A stretch of 63,814 nt of DNA, filler included. It is 12 parts of 12 records of this genome, joined end to end, with 100 filler letters (N's around TTAATTAATTAA, not from the genome) between each part and the next. Parts side by side here need not be neighbours in the genome. Positions count along the whole stretch, not along the records: positions 42,474 to 49,206 come from SRR7504441_10956; positions 49,307 to 53,965 come from SRR7504441_10958; positions 54,066 to 57,420 come from SRR7504441_10962; 9 more parts are not named here. One strand, written 5' to 3'. Under the pieces are notes generated by a model. It saw nothing but the letters and a program-made list of their open reading frames with translations. It did not search any database and was not told where the DNA came from. Positions within the stretch are counted from its first letter, which is position 1. Each line of letters starts with the position of its first letter. Made by a program: the position numbers and the translations under genes. Of this stretch, positions 44,010 through 54,341 are shown piece by piece.

Positions 44010-44619
44010 TCATGACCACTCAGCAGCCATGCCCGCCCCTCAGTATGTAAGTAAACGCGATGACGCCGTCTGGCTGGATCCCGAGCTGCCCAAGCGTCTG
44101 GTCATCCTTCATCTCCACCTAAAGAGGGTACAACATTAAGATTGAACGCGCTACGGGTGGGCACTATGCATGTACTAGCACAGGGACAGGCAACAGCAGT
44201 CAACAGGACAACATCACAACCTGCTGCCTTTGGTCTAGCCACCACTTGCGCGCTTCCGGCGTCGCGTCGGCCTTTGCGAGTTCGTACATCTGGAGGCCGC
44301 CGACCTCTTCCAGCAGCGCCTGATACTGCCCTCTCTCGACCAGCACCTGCTGATCGGCCGGGATCCCCTCGGCCTCCGCAAGCCGCCTCTTGAGCTCGGC
44401 GACGGTGCTGCCGCTGGTGGCCGCGAGTCGTACTACTTTGCTGCACCTCATCAGAGGGGACAACGCGATGACCACGCTCCCGTTCCAGCTTTCCTGCGCC
44501 GGCCGGCTCCCCACCCCTGGGTTAGGGCCAGGACGAGAGGCCTCCAGGGCGTCCAGCCGAGCGTTGATCGCATCGATGGCCGGGTCATAGGACGGGTCGC
44601 ACACAGCACCGAGCCACAT
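44010..44619 (-). CDS. Ubiquitin-like domain protein
   Basis: STVAELKRRLAEAEGIPADQQVL...|VEMKDDQTLGQLGIQPDGVIAFTYILRAG-MAAEWS after intron removal. Confidence 0.7.
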
Positions 44620-44663
44620 CTTCTGAAAAGAGCCACACCGGTTGTCGGTTGGGCCAAGCTTAC

Positions 44664-45374
44664 ATGGCGCTGGATCAGCAGTGGGCGGCACTGTGCGACG
44701 GCTCGGCGCGGCGCCGGGAACAGATCAGGGAGCAGGTGGAGCGCGTGAGCCGGCTGCGCGAGCAGGTGGAGGCCAAGCTTGCCGGGGGCGGGGCCAGTCC
44801 GGATCGACGCCCGCGGGATCGCAGCCTGCGCGAGCTCCGGAGCGTGTTGGAGTCTAAAGACACCACGCTGGAGGATCTGCGAGCTGCCGCGGCCGAGATG
44901 CCGGACCGGTTTGATGAGTCCGAGGAGATCGCGGAGGCCGAGCGGCAGGCCAAGCTCAAGGCAGAGGCCTCGCTCAAGGCGCAAGAGGACAGCCATGAGC
45001 AGAAGCTGAAGGAGATGGAGAAGCTCCAGAGGGCCAGGCTGGTGGCGCTGGCCACGGACGGCGAGGAGCAGCAGGAGGCGCAGAAGGCGTCGTCCTTCTT
45101 CAAGATCTTGGGCCGAATGATGGTGGGGATGTCTGCGAGCAGTTTGCAGCAGGGCGTGGCCGAGTGGCGGTTCAACATGTTCCGAGCACTGGTGGCCAAG
45201 AAAGACAAGGCGCTCAAGAAGAAGAAGAAGGAGATGGCCGCCGCTCAAGAGGAGTTCGAGGCGGCCAAAAAGCAAATCAAGAACAAGTGCATGAGCGACA
45301 TGCTGGCTCTCGAGAAAAGCAATGAAGCGGAGCAAGACGCGCTTAGGGAGGAGATTGCCAAGCTGCGCGCATGA
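44664..45374 (+). CDS. Coiled-coil hypothetical protein
   Basis: Intronless E/K/A-rich ORF followed by an AT-rich 3' region. Confidence 0.65.
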   Translation: MALDQQWAALCDGSARRREQIREQVERVSRLREQVEAKLAGGGASPDRRPRDRSLRELRSVLESKDTTLEDLRAAAAEMPDRFDESEEIAEAERQAKLKAEASLKAQEDSHEQKLKEMEKLQRARLVALATDGEEQQEAQKASSFFKILGRMMVGMSASSLQQGVAEWRFNMFRALVAKKDKALKKKKKEMAAAQEEFEAAKKQIKNKCMSDMLALEKSNEAEQDALREEIAKLRA

Positions 45375-45811
45375 CGATAATCATAAGATGCTATTAACCT
45401 AAGATGCTATGCGGCCTATATCAAGAACATTACAACCCCTGAATCTAATATTCATGTATATCAACCGAAACTTTCAGTGGCTACCAGAGCTACTATTAAA
45501 TTAATTATTTGAACCGATCAAAACTAATTGCGGACGGATTACCTAGATTCAAAGTAGACGTCGGCCTGCGCGCTCGACTTGCGGTGTGCGCCTGCGGAGG
45601 ATTAGCCGGCAGCCCTCTAGAGGCCCGTCACCCTAGAGTTGAGCCTGCTTCTCGCCGCATCCGGCTTGTAAGGCTCGAGCGCCTTCTTTCCACTCTTGCA
45701 GCTCAAGCTTTGCGCTGCCACGTGTCTATATGCTGCCTGGTTCCCGGATTAGCACAAACCCGCCAAATACAGGCCAACAGCCTACCTTGGATTCGGACTT
45801 GTTCTGCAGTG

Positions 45812-46333
45812 ATGCCGGAGGCTTGAGCCGAGTCCATCGAGTGCTGACTGGTGGCACAGCGCAAGCAAGTGGCCAAAGAGGCTGCCGAGGCGGCTAAGCA
45901 GGCAAAGATCGAGGCGCAGAAGGCGGAGGCCGACGAGCTGGAGCTGGCCGAGCAGCGGCGGCTGGCTGCAGAGAAGGCCGCCGCACTCAAATCCAAGGCC
46001 GAGCGGCTGGCCAAGGAGTGGGGCTACACACACGGGTCTGCTCAGGGTGGGAGGCGGGTGCTGACCGGCCGGGCAGGGAGCCGGTGCGCAAGTCGGGGCA
46101 CAAGTTCGACGCCGGGTCGAGGGAGTATCAGGATTGGCAGAAGGCCTGGAAGAGCAAGAACGGGCTGCCTGCGGCTCCAGAGCGGCGGTACACAGACCAC
46201 GGGCAGTACAAGTGAGCGGCGCTGCGCACGGGCAGCCTGCGAGCGGCCCGACAGGCTGAGATATCTGAAGCAAGAGCACGGGGGGCGGGTCATTCCAGTC
46301 GAACATGTACCGAGCCGTGCAGGCGTGCCCTGA
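45812..46333 (+). CDS. Small charged hypothetical protein, three introns
   Basis: MPE|RKQVAKE via GC-AG intron 45821-45859; two further GT-AG introns give an open frame to TGA at 46333. Confidence 0.55.
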
Positions 46334-46367
46334 AGGCTGGCGGGCAGGGTGAGAAGAGAGTACATTT

Positions 46368-46656
46368 GAGGCCTAAAAGCGCTCGCTTCCCCACTGCGGC
46401 CACCTTAGCCTCGGCGGCCTGCTCGGCCTGGAAAGCCTCCAGATCGGCCTTGTACATCGCCTGCTACCCCGCTGGCACTGGCTGGCACCGGCCCGCCTGC
46501 CTCTTGCTTGGCCGCCTTGTCCTTTTTCCGCTGCTCGGCGTCGTCTGGAGCGGTGGAGACGGCCTGGCCGTAGCCCCAGTCCCCGGTGTGCAGGCTGCCG
46601 CTCCGGGACCGGCTCCGAGACCCTCGGGACCGCTGGCCTGCCGGAGATCCAGGCAT
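46368..46656 (-). CDS. Small hypothetical protein
   Basis: MPGSP...KKDKAAKQE|AMYKADLEAFQAEQ via an inferred GC-AG intron; 3' end uncertain. Confidence 0.4.
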
Positions 46657-46716
46657 GACGAGCTGTTGATTTTCGTCATTTATAAATAGGCAGCTCCGGT
46701 GTTTATTGAAGACGCG

Positions 46717-47397
46717 ATGCCACCGGCGCCACCGGTAACCCAACGGCCCGGCGACCTGGCTCGGGCCGCCAGCGCCGGCGCCGGGCTACCCGGCGGGGCG
46801 CTGACGCGGGTAGAGGACACCCCGGATGTGGGGCTGGTGCTGGTGGCCGCCCGCGCGATCAAGGCAGACCAATCAGTGCTGGCGGAGACCCCAGTCATCA
46901 CAGCACCCAACATAGACCCGCGGCACGTGGACGGCCCCGGCACCAATCCGCTGTACGCCTGGCTCCGTGCCGATCAGGCATCTCGGACTGCGGCGCTCGA
47001 GCTCTTCTGCTGCGAGCCGGTGGACCACCCCGGGCTATTGGGCGAGCGGCTGCTAGTCCGACAGACTCGCCAACAAGACCCAGCCCGGTTTGCAGCGTTC
47101 AGTGACGAGGAGCTGGTCCGGTTCCTGGGTGCGCTCCGGTTCAATGGGCAGGAGTGCGCCGACGGCCGGCAAGGGCTGTTCGCCCGGGCCTCCAAAGCGG
47201 CCCACTCGTGCCGGCCTAACATCAGTTTTGAGATGGTCGACGGATCGCCCGACTCAATTGAGTTCCTGGCGCTCCGGCCGATCAGCCGGGGCGAGCGGCT
47301 GTCAATCTCGTATCTCTCGCCAGAGGTGCTGCTTCAGGCTCGCGCTCAGAGGCAGGCCAAGCTCACCCGACGGCTGTTCAGCTGGCGGCTATCTTGA
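46717..47397 (+). CDS. SET-domain protein (SMYD-like, no post-SET cysteines)
   Basis: GLVLVAARAI, GLFARASKAAHSCRPN and ALRPISRGERLSISYL. Confidence 0.8.
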   Translation: MPPAPPVTQRPGDLARAASAGAGLPGGALTRVEDTPDVGLVLVAARAIKADQSVLAETPVITAPNIDPRHVDGPGTNPLYAWLRADQASRTAALELFCCEPVDHPGLLGERLLVRQTRQQDPARFAAFSDEELVRFLGALRFNGQECADGRQGLFARASKAAHSCRPNISFEMVDGSPDSIEFLALRPISRGERLSISYLSPEVLLQARAQRQAKLTRRLFSWRLS

Positions 47398-47450
47398 GCG
47401 TCTGATGAAGCGCCAGCCTGCAAGGGGTCGCGCTCTGATCTGATCTTGGC

Positions 47451-48249
47451 ATGTCGCGCTCCCGGCGGGGCAGCCCGTGTCCGAGCCCGTCGGTCAACAG
47501 CGTGAGCGGGGTGCTGCTCGGCAAGCTCACCCGCGCCGAGCCCATCCTGCACGGCCGGCTACCTCCCATCCGGTCGCCCACGCCGCTTCTCCACACCCAC
47601 TCGTTGCAGATCGAGAGCCTAAACCCTCAGGTGCTGACCGCCAGGTGGCCGGCCAGTGAGGCCTGCCCGACTGCGCAGAACTTTGGCCGGAGGGACGCCC
47701 GGCGCAAGCTATGGGCTGCTCCGAACCGACTGGAGGCGCTGGGCACTGTGAGCGGTATCATGAACGACATAGGGTACTACAGGCACTTTATGCAAGAGGA
47801 GGAGCCTGAAACCTCGCCGGTGCCCGAGCGCGTCCAGGCCCGCAGGTACAGCGAGGAAGACGCTGAAGAGAAGTTTGACTGGACCCAGAAGCTGGCCGAG
47901 GGCTGGACTTATGAGCGGTCTCATAAGGCTAAAGGTGCTGGCCCGACGGCGGGCAGGTACAAGCACGCGCTGAATGCTAAGGATGGCGGACTTTCTTGGT
48001 GTGAACTGAAGGCTGCCGAGCTCTCAAGCTCAGGTTGGTAGCCTCGTCGGGAAAGTTCCTGACAGCGTGTGTGCGCCAGGAGGGGCAGTGGATCCAATGC
48101 ACACTAAGGCATCCATCTGGCTCATGAATGACAGAAACTTTCAGAAGTACGATACTCGTGGCATCGGGGTGATTGACGAGCCAGACCTTGTAGAGGCGAT
48201 GAAGGTGTTTTTGCACACGCATTGGAAATATGATGGGACACTCTGGTGA
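47451..48249 (+). CDS. Multi-exon hypothetical protein with a C-terminal EF-hand
   Basis: Last exon FQKYDTRGIGVIDEPDLVEAM; upstream ORF joined via small introns. Confidence 0.5.
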
Positions 48250-48394
48250 AGACTCTCAGTTCCAACAAGAACTAACATACCGTACAGTGATTAATTGCCA
48301 GTATGCCTTACTTGCACACTGAGATCGTCCTACTTAACACGCACTAGAACAGTTTCAGATAGAGATCTATCGTAGTTTATTCAGAACACCGTTG

Positions 48395-49206
48395 TCACGA
48401 GTTTGCGATCACATTAGCCTCGTGGTGCGTTGAGTTGCTGCCAAGCATTTCCTCAAACTCAACGTCCTCTAAATCGTCATCATCATCCTCATGCCCCTCG
48501 ACTAGCTGCAGGTTGCACAGCCGGAGCGCGCTCATTACGCTCACTACCACTAACCAGCAGAAGGCCACCATGATCCCTTCAGCTGCTATGTGCACCCGCA
48601 CAGTCTCACCACAATAACTATCATTCATCTGCCCCCCCCTGTCACTCGCCCGGCGGCCGGCCCGGGGGCACCAGACTGGTGATGCACTCGTAACTGCACC
48701 CAGTCTGCTGCGACGACTCGACGCACATACACTCCCCGTGGCACCCCACGATACTCGCGTATGCGCCGGTGACGTCGTTGTTGTTGGCGTACTCGCAGTG
48801 TTTACGGATCTGTTGACCGTCCGCGGCCTGGGTGAGCGGCGTACTCGTCACGCCGCTCATGTCGAGCGTGCACATCCCGCCGTCCTCTACAAAGTGCAGG
48901 ATATGTAGCTGCCAGTAGCCGAGCCCGGCCAAAGCGCCGGTGCAGAGCAGGTTTGCCGCCAGCTGGCTAGCCGCAAACCAGCGCTGCTGCCGGAAGCCGC
49001 ACAGCTTCTTGTTGGACTGGCTGTTGGTGTACAGCGTGGCCATCGCCCCTGCGTAGCACACCAGCCCGCCCAGGATGCCTATCGCGTACCCTGTGAAGAG
49101 CACAGTCCCCACCAGCAGCGTGAGCAGGGCGAACAGCATTTGGACCAGCTTGTTGCTCGACTCGCGCGACCACGGCCGGCTAGTGTACCGCTGCTCCCGC
49201 CCCCCC
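48395..49206 (-). CDS. Multi-pass membrane protein with a Cys-rich loop, 5' partial
   Basis: Three hydrophobic helices, a Cys-rich loop, an intron near 48629-48671, a fourth TM helix and an acidic tail. Confidence 0.6.
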
Positions 49207-49306
49207 NNNNNNNNNNNNNNNNNNNNNNNNNNNNNNNNNNNNNNNNNNNNTTAATTAATTAANNNNNNNNNNNNNNNNNNNNNNNNNNNNNNNNNNNNNN
49301 NNNNNN

Positions 49307-52300
49307 TCCTGCCACAGTCAACTCTTCTGAGCCAGCACAGGTCACAAACAGCTCGGACCATCAACTGGGCCTGCACGAGCTTGAGCGAGCCCCCCCTTGC
49401 CCTCCGGGCCTGGAGCCCGGCCTCAAGAAGGTGTGTGAAGACGTTCGAGCGCAAGACCCAGACGGTGCTTTTCGCAAGTTCCGCAAGTTCTTCCACGATC
49501 ACGGCGATTTCCTCGCAGCACTGAACGCGGAGGAAGCGCTTCAGCCTGGCCTGGCAAGCGCCATGAATGATCTAATGGATAAGCATTTGGACCAGCTGCC
49601 AGCAGCTCTTAGCAATCCAGAAGTATGGAAGAAGAAGATGCTGACTGTAGGCGACCTCGAAAATGCTGTTCCGTTTTTCAAGGACCTCGATAAGAAAGCA
49701 AACACAATTATGGAAGAAGAAGAGCTCCAGGAGACCGCCGCTGGACCTCAAGGTCAGTTGCCTTCTTAATAAGGAAATAATCTGTTCACACAGACTCAGC
49801 CGCCAAAGAGGATCACACTGCAGTCTTACATCCCAAGATTATGCAAAATCTTGCCAAGCTTAAACATGCGCCTCACAGGTCATAACCCCATCAAAAAATG
49901 CCGAAATAGTGATCGGTTAACACAGGTGGCTGGATATGTTCTCCTCAAAGCAGTATGGTGTTAGCGATTTGCTTGAAATCCCGCTGGCCGGAATCAGTTG
50001 CGAGAAGGCCATGGCACTCTTCGCCAAGAACGAATCAACAATTCTGCTGCGTGTACCTGATGTACGGGGGCACCTTGCACACATCGGCCGGACACGTACA
50101 GTTGAGGCAGAGGTGATCCAAATACAAGGCAAATCTGCTGATGCAGATGACTCAAAGATGATGCTGCTGCTGCGTAACCATCGGCATCGCAGTAAAGACA
50201 TCAAGCGCACAGAGATTCAGTTTCTTGAGAGCAGCGATATTGCACTTGATCCAGACAAAGATGTGGTTGTGGAGGCCACTCCTATTGTTGGCCAGAATGG
50301 CGCCTGTCAAAAGTGGCTGGTGCGCCATCCCAAGGAAGGTACTGATGCTCTCGCTGAGATGCTGGAGACCGACCACCGTAAAGGTCTCATGGCTCTCCTC
50401 AAGCCGATGCAATCAAAGATAGAGGAGTCCCTCATCCAGGCTGGAGCCCTCAAGGCGACAAAACGACCCGACGGCACCACGGCTACTACCATGGTCGTTG
50501 CATCCGGCAGAGGCCGTTCCGCGGGCGCAAATACTGGCCAGAAATTGCGGACAGCAAGTGATAAAGCAGGAACAAGGAGACTCATGTCGACCGGAGGCAA
50601 GGGCGGGCCCGGGGACCTTGATAAGCACATTTCTGAACGTAAGGAGCGCAGACGGAGGACAGGCGGTTCAGGGGCTTCAGGGGGTCGGGGGCATTCTACT
50701 TCAGGGGTGCATTATCATCAAACTCCTCAATCATCAAACGGGTGTGATGGGACAAAAGGGCATTGGAGCAATGGGGTACCTATGCGGGGTGGCAAGGGTG
50801 GCGTCAATACTAATTCCAAATGGATTTCCTCGAACAAAGACAATAATTGTCGACAAAAACATCACCCTTGGGACAGCAAGGGATATTGTTACGACCTCTC
50901 TGCCGAGGGGAAAAGCAAATACCCCAAAGAGGCGGCTGATGAAGCGTTTAATACCGCAAAGAATTGGCTCGCGGCAGATCAATGCCGGTATTTTGAAGAT
51001 CTCAAGGCACCTCCGGAGCCGCACAGCCACTATTGCAATTTTGAACGTGTCAAGGGGGGGAGTCGCAGAAGGGGCGTGAGCAAAGAAGACCACGCCAAAC
51101 AGCTCAAAGCGGCGTACAAAAATTGTTGCAGCTGCATCGCGGCAGCAGTTGAGACGCCGTACGTTGGTACAAAACTTGAAGATCACGAGAGGTATGACGC
51201 GTCGCGGACAACTGAGCACCCAGATCCTGATCAGAAACAGTATGCAGGCCAGAAAATTCAATGCGTTCATACTACATGCCAACCTGAAGGTTATCACGAT
51301 GATCCCATGTACAGGACTGGATCCAAACGGTACCGGGAAACACTATTCCCGCAGACTGTATCAAAGTACAAGTGGTGGATCACCCAACCGAAGAGTATTT
51401 CCGATTGTGCGAAGTGCGCCTGTCTCCCAGAGTGCACGGAGTTTGCTTCGGAGTGCTACCCTCAGGGCCCTGTCAAACCACACGAGACGAGGGCATGTTC
51501 AAGAGCCACACGCGGATATATCGGAGGAGGACAATTACTCAAACGTATAGACGAAGCTTATTATGAAAGGCAACATGTAAAAAAGATTGCAGGCGAGCTC
51601 GGCGCGAGGGGTGGGGGGAGGACCACCAAACATATACAGGCCGAACAGGCGTGGACCGAGGAGCAAGGTGATATCTGGTGCTGCCAGCAGTGCAATAAGG
51701 AGAAGGAGAAATGCACCGCATGGATGAGAGGAGGCGGCACATGTTACCTCATGAGTGGAGACCCTATCCTTCCTACGGAGCCGACAGAGCAAAAAGAGAA
51801 ATGGTGCAACTACGACAAAAAACCAGTCATGACAGGGCGGGGGCACTCTTCTTCAGTCATGAGAGGTAGCAACTATTTCAACAAGGAAGAATGCATCGCA
51901 TTGTGCCAAGAAACCGACGGATGCGAGTGGGTAGGCTTTCGACGCTATGACAACTACTGCGAGTTTTGGCGCCCTGGCAGCTGCCAAAATCCACATCATC
52001 AGCCTGGACACGACATCTACAAGGTGCCTCCTCCTCCTCCTCCAATTCAAACAGTAAATAGCGGAGGATGGCCATCACCTGGGGGTGGAGCTTACCGCGG
52101 AGATGTGAAATCACCTGAGGAGTCGGAGGACGGGGAAAAGGTGAAAGGCCTGCGGAAGCAGTGCTTACGGGAGGATGACAATGATCTTCAATGCGTGCTG
52201 GACTCTGTCATGGAGTGGTGGGGGACTGACATCTGCATGGCACACGAGGATTTTGACGTTGGCCACCACGTGGGTCACAGCTGTTCTCCCACTACGTGGG

Positions 52301-53541
52301 AGCAGAATGCAGCTGGATCTGTTATTCTGGCCATTGTGATGTTTATCGTCGATAACTTGCTGGGTTGTGCCCTCGGCTTTGTTGCTCAGCCCAGCTTCTG
52401 GTCTGCAGTGTATGCCGAGCATAGGTCTGAAGAGTACAACCACGACAAGTTTGCAGCTGCTAAGGAGGTCGCTAGCGGGGCCTACGGCACCGTCGCACCT
52501 ATCCAAGCACGAATGAGACTAGAGGCTGATGGCATTACAGCAGCCAAGATCAAAGAATATAAAACGTTGGGAAAGGCAGGCGACGCTCGAGCGCAGAGAA
52601 CGGCAGACAAGCTCCGGGAAAGGGCGACAGACATGATGAAAAAAGAAGGCGTGACGTTCACAGTGCGTGACTTTCTGCCATGCTTTCCTGCCGTTGCGCT
52701 ACTCCCTTTTGAAGGAGGAGGGACCTTCTTCGCCTGTATGCAAGTGTGTATGAAGCAGGCGATGGGGCAAACCCTCGGCATGCTCTTTTTCCGGTTGGCG
52801 AAAAACTCAGGCTGCCTGTGGGATATGGTAAAGGCAGCCTTCGACGCGAACCCAATGCTGTGGCTGGCGGTGATTCTTTGCTTCCCTGCTGACGCGAGTG
52901 TCCAACTGTCTTCTGGCCAAAACATCACCATGGAAGAGCTCGAGGTTGGAGATCGCGTGCTCACTCAAGACGGGACCTTTTCTGAGGTGTATCTGATGTC
53001 TCACCAGAACCCCGACGTGATGGCGGAGTTCGTTTCCATCAAGCTTGCCAACCAGCAGCGCCTTGACGCCTCAGCGAAGCATTTCGTGTTTGTGTCGCCC
53101 AAATGCGATGGCTCTGTGCAGCAAGTGTATGCCTCATCTGTCAAAGAAGGCATGTGCATGTTCAGCCGCCTTGCTGAAACAGGAGAGAAGCTTCAGCGTG
53201 TGGAGGAGGCATCTGTCCGTGTGAAACGGGGCATCTACAACCCATATACGCTCTCAGGCAGCATTGTCGTCAATGGAGTCGTGGCCAGCTCCCACTCTGA
53301 ATGGTTCCTTGACGAGGTTGCAGCAAAGTACGGCTGGACGAGCATGCTTCCAACAATTTATCAAGCAGTCCTCATGCCTGCTCGTGGGCTCTACCGCCTC
53401 ATGGGTGCCGAGGCGGCCCGCCGTGAGTTGAAGAGCTACCAAGCCGAGCTTGAGAAGGCAGTCGAAGCGGGCTCGGTTGTGAAGCCATACTGGGACCTCT
53501 TCGTGAGATGCTTCATGCTCCTTACTGGTCTGCAGTCATGA
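49307..53541 (+). CDS. Large Cys-rich protein with PAN/Apple modules and a C-terminal Hedgehog-type Hint (Hog) domain, 5' partial
   Basis: Two introns (near 49753-49793 and ending at 49925) link the contig start to the 1201-aa ORF. CFPADASVQL..LEVGDRVL..SEVYLMSH..SAKH..GIYNPYTLSGSIVVNGVVASSH (Hint); CCQQC..CTAW..CYL and CIALC..CEWV..C (PAN-like). Confidence 0.88.
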
Positions 53542-54341
53542 TTCTTGGGAGAAGTTTACTGGGACAACAAGGACAAGCCGGATATAAGCTGGACAAGCCC
53601 CTCAAGAGGAGTAGAATATACTCAAGCACCAGAAAAGAAAGAACAAAAAGAGACAGCAACAAAAGCAGTACTAGTCAAGGTTGTTATCATGAAACTCCTA
53701 TGCTACTCGCTAGGGGCGGAACTCAGTAGCGTGGACTTGGATGCGACGGATGATGTGCTGGTCAACATAGTTATCAAGCTTTTCGTTGAGACGAATTGAG
53801 ATGCAGCTAGATGGAAGTAGAGGAATAATAGATGTGAGTGTGATTATTTATTAATTTAATTAATCAAAGTCAAGTGGGTCAGCCCATCATCTAACATGCG
53901 ACAATGTGCAGTATTTCGATTTTAATTATTAATCAACGAGGCATGCATGCCATCACTTGATTACANNNNNNNNNNNNNNNNNNNNNNNNNNNNNNNNNNN
54001 NNNNNNNNNTTAATTAATTAANNNNNNNNNNNNNNNNNNNNNNNNNNNNNNNNNNNNNNNNNNNNCGCAAAATATGAACGTAAGAACTTCATTGGATAAA
54101 CTTTTACATGTATTAAGAACTTGTGATCTAGTTGAGTGAGAGGATAAAAATAAAATTCTAGTCTCAGCTTGAGCTCTATGGTTACGAGCGGATTGAAAAA
54201 ACTAAATAAATTTTGAGAGTTACTTAATAAGCTATAAGAGCGTACAGTACTATACATGTAGGGCAGATCGGTGTCTGGCACTTGATAATTATGATGATTA
54301 CTTAATGATTACTCGTATGTACATTGATCCGGTCGCAAGAT

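Noticed and set aside
52879..53300. Self-splicing intein
   Set aside because: There is no C-terminal His-Asn followed by Cys/Ser/Thr and no conserved host extein; the motifs are Hedgehog-type Hint.
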